This document shows positions 60,126 to 64,000 of a stretch of DNA of 64,000 nt, piece after piece. The stretch lies in NCBI RefSeq assembly GCF_009914755.1, contig NC_060935.1. The stretch is one strand, 5' to 3'. The notes beneath the pieces were generated by a model. The model had not been told where the DNA came from. It saw only the letters and a program-made list of their open reading frames with translations, and ran no database searches. The first letter of the stretch is position 1. Every line of letters starts with the position of its first letter. The translations under genes were made by a program, and so were the position numbers. This DNA comes from the human T2T-CHM13v2.0 reference genome, Homo sapiens.

Positions 60126-61644
60126 TTCTGATGCCATAGAGCTGGGAATAGAGGGGTCAGGAGCCATGTGGGGCCTGCCAGTGTAGTGGGTCAGGGGTGG
60201 GGGAGTTGCTGAAAGGAGCTTGGAAGGGATCCGGGTCAAATCTCTGCTCCTCTGCTTTTTAGTTTTGTGACTGGGGGCCAATTACTGGCTTGAGACCAAA
60301 TTTCCACATCTGTAAAACAGCAATATTCTAACACACCGTAGCGGCTTTAGCACACACGACACGATTCCTAGCGATAGGAAATTGTCAGAAACGTAAATTC
60401 CTCTTTCCCTTCCTCCCAACTCTGTTCTGTTCCCTCTTGTGTGATATGAGAGATTTTAGTAGATGGCCTCTCTAAGGTCTTTTAAATGCACTGTGATTCT
60501 ACGTTTTTCCTTTAATTAAGGTCACACCACACAGTCCATTGTTCGAGTCAGAGGTGGTGTCGTAATGCCTCAATGGATGGCTAGTCTTCCCTTCCTGGAG
60601 CAGCAGTGAGACGTTCAGACCCTTTCTGACCCTCCTCCCACTGTCCACCTTGGCTCTCCCTGGCTCACCTCCAGCCTGAGCTCATGGGTTGGGAATGTGT
60701 AGGCCGATCCTCTGCTCACTGGAGTGCTTGCAAGAGGGCCTTGGGGTAACATGTTCTGAGACCTATTCCTATACTGCCTGCCCCAGCTGATAGCAGGCCT
60801 GGGAAACCCATTAATCATTGTCCTCGGTGGCCCCGCAGACCTGCGTTTACTCTCACTGCTTCTCTATCTGCTGTTCCAAGCCAACTGTTCTTAGATGGCA
60901 AATGCAGCCTATTGTTGTCTTGGTGGAAAGGCGCTAAAATGATGGGATGCTTTCTTTGTTCAGGAAGTTAGGAGTATGTGGGGTGGGGGAAATGGCTTAA
61001 TGCCTTCATGAAACCATATCCTGACTCCTTTTTTTTTTTCTTTTTTTTAAATCCTGAATCAGAAAAGTTTTGTGGTCACTGGGTTTGGATGTAATACATT
61101 GTTGTGGTTTTGTTGCTTTGTCATTTAACTGACCTGGGCCTTGGAATCATGCTCTATTTCAACTCAGTTTTCAGAGTGGGTGAACACGTTTGGCGTGCCC
61201 AGCTGACCGCTGCATTGCTCATTAAAATGATTGCCAGAGTCATGGCCTGGTGGACATCTGTCCACACTCAGCATGTCCTCCCCCTTGTCCTGGCCCAGAC
61301 ACAGAGCCTCTGCTCCAGCTCAGAGCCCAGAATCTAACCGCCTGTGCCCTTCTCAGGCACAGATGTTTCTGAGACTGAACTGAGCCAAGAGAGGTGGATG
61401 GTGCATTTGGGGTCTTAAATATCACTGGTAGGATGCTGGCTAGGGACTGTGGAGGTGAGAGGGACACTCTTGCTTCAGGACATAGGAGAAGTAGGTGTGC
61501 TGTGGACACTGTTGACATAGACTACCCTTGAAGCTCTTATTTCTTCAAGCCACAGAGTGAGACGGTGGTGTGGCACAGGGCCTGAGAGCATGGTCTTTGA
61601 GGTCAGACCAACCTGGGTTTGCATCCCACTTATGGCTGTGTGAC

Positions 61645-61938
61645 TTTTTTTTATTTTTTTGAGACAGGGTCTCACTCTGTTGTCCAGGCTGTTGTGCAGT
61701 GGCACAAATCAGCTCACTGCAACCTCCATCTCCTGGGCTCAAGTGATCCTTCCACCTCAGCCTCCCGAGTAGCTGGGACCACCGGTGTGCACTACTATGT
61801 TTGCCTAATTTTTGTGTGCTTTTGCAGAGATGGGTTTTGCCATGTTGCCCAGGCTGGTCTTGAACTCCTGAGCTCAAGTGATCCACTCGCCTTGGTTTCC
61901 CAAAGTGCTGGGATTACAGGTGTGAGCCACCACGTCGG
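61645..61938 (-). mobile_element. AluJ inserted in a MIR (about 61580-62090)
   Basis: TSD tggctgtgtgac; MIR resumes at ccttaagcatgttacttcacctctctgtgcctcagtttcc. Confidence 0.88.
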
Positions 61939-62944
61939 ATCTTGGCTGTGTGACCTTAAGCATGTTACTTCACCTCTCTGTGCCTCAGTTTCCTTAATTG
62001 AAAAATGATAATAGTCTCCAACTTTGAGGGTGATTGTGAGGCCTGGATAAAATAATATGTGTAAAGCACTTAGAACAGTGGCCGGCATAGAGGAAGATGA
62101 TTACCTTTGTCATGATTACTGTTTGTCAGGACTGTTTGAAAGGACTCTGAGCGGAAGCTCTCTATCTGGCTGCCTCCCTGTCCTGCAAGCCGCTCCCTGT
62201 TCACCATTCTCCTCCTGGTTAAGTACGGGCATCTGTGTCCCAAGAGAGGGCTCCACTGCAGACCCTGACCACCAGCATACCTGCCCACAGAGGCCGAAAA
62301 TGTGGTAGTCAGCTGCTTCTCTGAAATTCCAGCCCGGGAGAGGTAAACTAAGGAAATGCCATCCTCCTGAGTGTCCTGAACTGTCATCTGTCCCAGCGAA
62401 TGTCTGACATTAAGGTTTGTGATGGAATTAAGCTCTTCTGAGAGATTTCATAAATAAATTCCCAATACAGTATTAAACCAAGCCTACTGCTGGGCCTTTC
62501 TGTACTTTTACTGTCACAAGAATGAGCTTAGGAGAATCATTGTTTCAGTCAGTTGTGGGGAGAGAGTTTGGGTGAGTTTAATTTGGTGGCTGGTAACAAC
62601 AGCAGTAACTGACCCATACTGAGCCCTACAGTTTCCAATGCCCCTGTCTAGCTTCAGGTGTTGGTGAGATTATCCCACCACACAGATTGCTCAAAGGAAC
62701 TGTCAGCTCAGCTGCCTTGTGCTCAGAATCTCTCTAGTTAGCCAGGCCTCCTGAATCATCTGCCTTGTAAGTTTGCATAGCAGGAGGGGAGGAAGCAAGG
62801 CTTCATGTAGCCTAGTGAGTTAGGAAAAGGCCGATGGCCCAAGGAGGGTGTCCCCATCTGCCCTCTCCAAGATTCTTCCTGTTCAAATGAGGTGTTTGTA
62901 GAAGACCTAGAATAGCAGTTAGCTTTCATTCAGCAAGGCTGACT

Positions 62945-63228
62945 GGATGGGTGGGGGGATGGATAGGTGGGTGGGTGGGTGGGTGGGTGGATGGATGGAT
63001 GGATGGATGGATGGATGGATGGATGGGGGGATGGGGGGGATGGATGGGTGGGGGGATGGGTGGGTGGGGGGATGGATGGGTGGGTGGGAGGGTGGGTGGG
63101 GGGATGGATGGGTGGGTGTGTGGATGAATGGGTGGGTGGCTGGATGGATGGATGGGTGGGGGGATGGGTGGGTGGCAGGATGGATGGTTGGATGGGTGGG
63201 TAAGTAGATGGGTGGATGAATGGGTGGA
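62945..63228 (+). repeat. (GGAT/GGGT)n G-rich simple repeat
   Basis: Read directly from sequence; many runs of 3 or more G. Confidence 0.95.
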
Positions 63229-64000
63229 GTCATGACTGCACTCTTCTAGATGCTGGAGGTAAAGCAGTAAGCACTCAATAAGCACTGCTGGGATAAAAAC
63301 CATTACTGTTGTTCAGTGCTAGAGGGAATTGTGAAGACGTATACACATTGGCCATTCCATCATGCCTTCCCACAAAGAAGATAAGCTTCTCTCCTTATAT
63401 CCTTTCATCTTGATCCAAGCCACTCGTGCTTCCTTCCCATCCCCATGACAGGATCTACCCATCTCAAAGCCGTCACTTGCTGTATTGCCTGGGGCTGGAA
63501 ACTGAGCTTCCTAGCAAGTCTCTGATGTGTGTTAGGTGTTACTGTTACCATTTCATGGATGAGCAGACTGTGGCTGGAGGAGACCAGGTACCTAAAGGGG
63601 AGGAGAATTTCAGTGTTTAATTCTTAGTTCTCTGTTCAGCCCTAGTTCTTAGTGTTCTTTGTACGGTACTCCGCACTGCTCAGCTCTCCCAGCAGAGGCA
63701 ATAAAGACGTCCAAACCCATATACAGTGTGTAAAAAAGAAGATCCAGGATCTCTGGAGGCCTGGAGGAAGCCAAAGTGACCCTTTTGTACTCTGTCATGC
63801 TTCCTATAAACTGCTTCAAATTGAATCCCAACGCCAGCCTGCGATCATGTTTTCAAAATACTGCCGAGGCTTTGAAACTCTCTTTGCTACATATGATGTG
63901 CTTCCCAGGCACATAGCAGGTGCTCAGCAAAGGAGTCATGGAACTAGAGGGTTGGCCCAGTAGCTCTGATGGAGCCCCAGCTCTGGGCACTGGCGAGCAT

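Overview
Human (primate) genomic DNA, recognisable as the 5' part of MICAL2 (flavoprotein monooxygenase, chr11p15.3) on the + strand. The window is almost entirely intronic. It holds a 71-nt non-coding 5'UTR exon (16251-16321) and the first coding exon (39935-40275; ATG at 40012, 88 codons, phase-0 donor). It also holds the intronic MIR6124 hairpin (41539-41623). The promoter/exon 1 lies upstream and the next coding exon lies downstream of the window. The rest is typical interspersed repeat: about 19 Alu/FLAM copies including one young AluYb-lineage insertion, a 5'-truncated sense L1PA, old L1M, L2, MIR, L3/CR1, Tigger- and Charlie-type DNA transposon fossils, and LTR relics. Nearly all ORFs in the supplied track are repeat-derived or chance. 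I found no novel multi-gene system. The most interesting signal is in the MICAL2 5' leader: three upstream AUGs, and tandem donor and acceptor sites that would rewire those uORFs. Gene and miRNA identities and repeat subfamily names come from recognition, not from a database search. Boundaries of old repeats are approximate.
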